Source of the DNA: a virus
Lineage: Duplodnaviria > Caudoviricetes
Virus record (IMG/VR): IMGVR_UViG_3300049455_000025
Location: 1-34,656 of that record
Direction: 5' to 3' (one strand)
DNA length: 34,656 nucleotides
A program made the position numbers and the translations under genes. Of this stretch, positions 33,856 through 34,656 are shown piece after piece (the stretch's first letter is position 1; the number at the start of each line of letters is the position of its first letter). Under the pieces are notes generated by a model. The model was given only the letters and a program-made list of their open reading frames with translations, had not been told where the DNA came from and searched no databases.

Positions 33856-33878
33856 TCGTACAGGCGTTCGGGTAACGT
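33856..33878 (+). promoter_or_regulatory. Possible LexA (SOS) box next to a -10 element
   Basis: TCGTAC-AGGC-GTTCGG versus actinobacterial TCGAAC-N4-GTTCGA (2 mismatches); TAACGT 7 nt before ATG 33886. Confidence 0.45.
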
Positions 33879-33885
33879 GCGAGGG

Positions 33886-34077
33886 ATGGAGCGCGGTGAC
33901 CCGCCGGACGGCCACGAGTGGACGGGCCGGCAGACGGAGATCAGACTGCTCGACCCGGTCGACTGCCCGGCCGGGCACCCGTTCCGGTTCGGCACACGCT
34001 CGGGTGAGCCGCAGTCGTGGCGGTGTGCGTGCGGCCAGCGGATCGTGCGTCGCGGCGGTGAGTTCGCGGCCGGCTAA
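33886..34077 (+). CDS. 63-aa zinc-ribbon protein, probably leaderless
   Basis: CPAGH...WRCACG; fills the gap between two minus-strand genes. Confidence 0.6.
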   Translation: MERGDPPDGHEWTGRQTEIRLLDPVDCPAGHPFRFGTRSGEPQSWRCACGQRIVRRGGEFAAG

Positions 34078-34084
34078 CAGCGGA

Positions 34085-34558
34085 TCAGGCCTGATTCAGG
34101 TCGCCGCGGAACGACGTGCGCCGGTCCGCGTCGGTGCCGATCTCCCGGATCAGGTACGGGTCATTACCGGGTCCATGCGACGGGGCGTAGGGGCGCTCGA
34201 TGCGTTCGTGGGTCCGGCTGCCGTCGCGCTGGATGAAGTCACCAGGCATGGCCAGCCGGAAGAACTCGCACGCCTCGTGCCGCTCGACGAGCAGCACCTG
34301 ATCGAACAGCCACCGTCGCCATGACCGCTCGTCGTACGCCGCGGGCGGGACGAGCATGAAGTGGTTGACGCTGATCGTCTTCTCGGGATGGTAGGTGTCG
34401 GGCCCGGTGATGTGGATGATCAGCGTCAAGCCGGTGCTGCCCTGACCGCGCTCCATGTCGACGAGGCTGAAGAGCCAGCCCGGCTTGTACTGCAAGGCCT
34501 TGACCAGCTTGGCCAGGGCGTCTGGGTACGGCGCTTCCTGGCGCATCAGTTCGGGCAT
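34085..34558 (-). CDS. Hypothetical phage protein
   Basis: YKPGW.F...WLFDQVLLVERHEACEFF...PYAPSHGPG; TGATG overlap. Confidence 0.8.
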   Translation of the reverse strand: MPELMRQEAPYPDALAKLVKALQYKPGWLFSLVDMERGQGSTGLTLIIHITGPDTYHPEKTISVNHFMLVPPAAYDERSWRRWLFDQVLLVERHEACEFFRLAMPGDFIQRDGSRTHERIERPYAPSHGPGNDPYLIREIGTDADRRTSFRGDLNQA

Positions 34559-34656
34559 CAGGGGTTGCCGCGCCAGGTCGTCCAGGGACGCCAGTCGAAG
34601 ACGAAGTGCGCAGCGAGGAAGACGAAGCCGAGCACGACCAGGTCGACCGAGCCGAT
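34558..34656 (-). CDS. C-terminus of a membrane protein (partial)
   Basis: ...IGSVDLVVLGFVFLAAHFVFDWRPWTTWRGNP-stop. Confidence 0.55.
   Translation of the reverse strand: MGSVDLVVLGFVFLAAHFVFDWRPWTTWRGNP

Larger units (their letters stand above)
1..34656. mobile_element. Temperate actinobacteriophage genome segment (head, packaging, early, immunity/integration and end of lysis modules)
   Basis: Contiguous terS-terL-portal-protease-capsid, repressor/cro/integrase and holin; densely overlapping small genes (ATGA, GTGA, ATGGCTGA overlaps); no host housekeeping gene recognised. Confidence 0.97.

Noticed and set aside
31253-33885. Plus-strand ORFs 31253-32857 and 32683-34077
   Set aside because: Antisense to real genes; only the last 63 codons (33886-34077) look like a gene
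1-34656. CRISPR array, rRNA, IS transposase, reverse transcriptase/DGR
   Set aside because: No spaced direct-repeat array or corresponding protein motifs seen

Overview
The whole window is one high-GC temperate actinobacteriophage genome segment (HK97-type head genes, probably cos packaging). The host is probably a filamentous actinomycete, which is an inference from GC content, an LPVTG surface protein and a stand-alone GntR. Most genes are on the minus strand. In transcription order (high to low coordinate) the window holds: the end of the late/lysis region (VIP2-like ADP-ribosyltransferase, a partner with shared N-terminal motifs, a holin); accessory genes (membrane protein, GntR, degenerate resolvase-like protein); a tyrosine integrase and repressor (+) divergent from cro; a long early operon of small genes (sortase-anchored protein, MazG-like, HNH, XRE pairs, replication-initiator-like HTH); then HNH, terS, terL, portal, a multi-domain prohead protease, major capsid, a TylF-type O-methyltransferase and a GT-A glycosyltransferase. 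Phage genes continue on both sides of the integrase, so no host junction is visible. Most notable: (1) protease, ADP-ribosyltransferase and its neighbour share an R-[A]-F/Y-D/N...G..G-x-F/W motif and Ala/Lys-rich linkers, suggesting protease-processed capsid cargo; (2) a probable virion glycosylation/methylation cassette whose methyltransferase seems to need an ACG start or stop readthrough; (3) a repressor-integrase pair resembling integration-dependent immunity; (4) a structured, switch-like 5' leader. All annotations come from motif recognition by eye; no searches were run.
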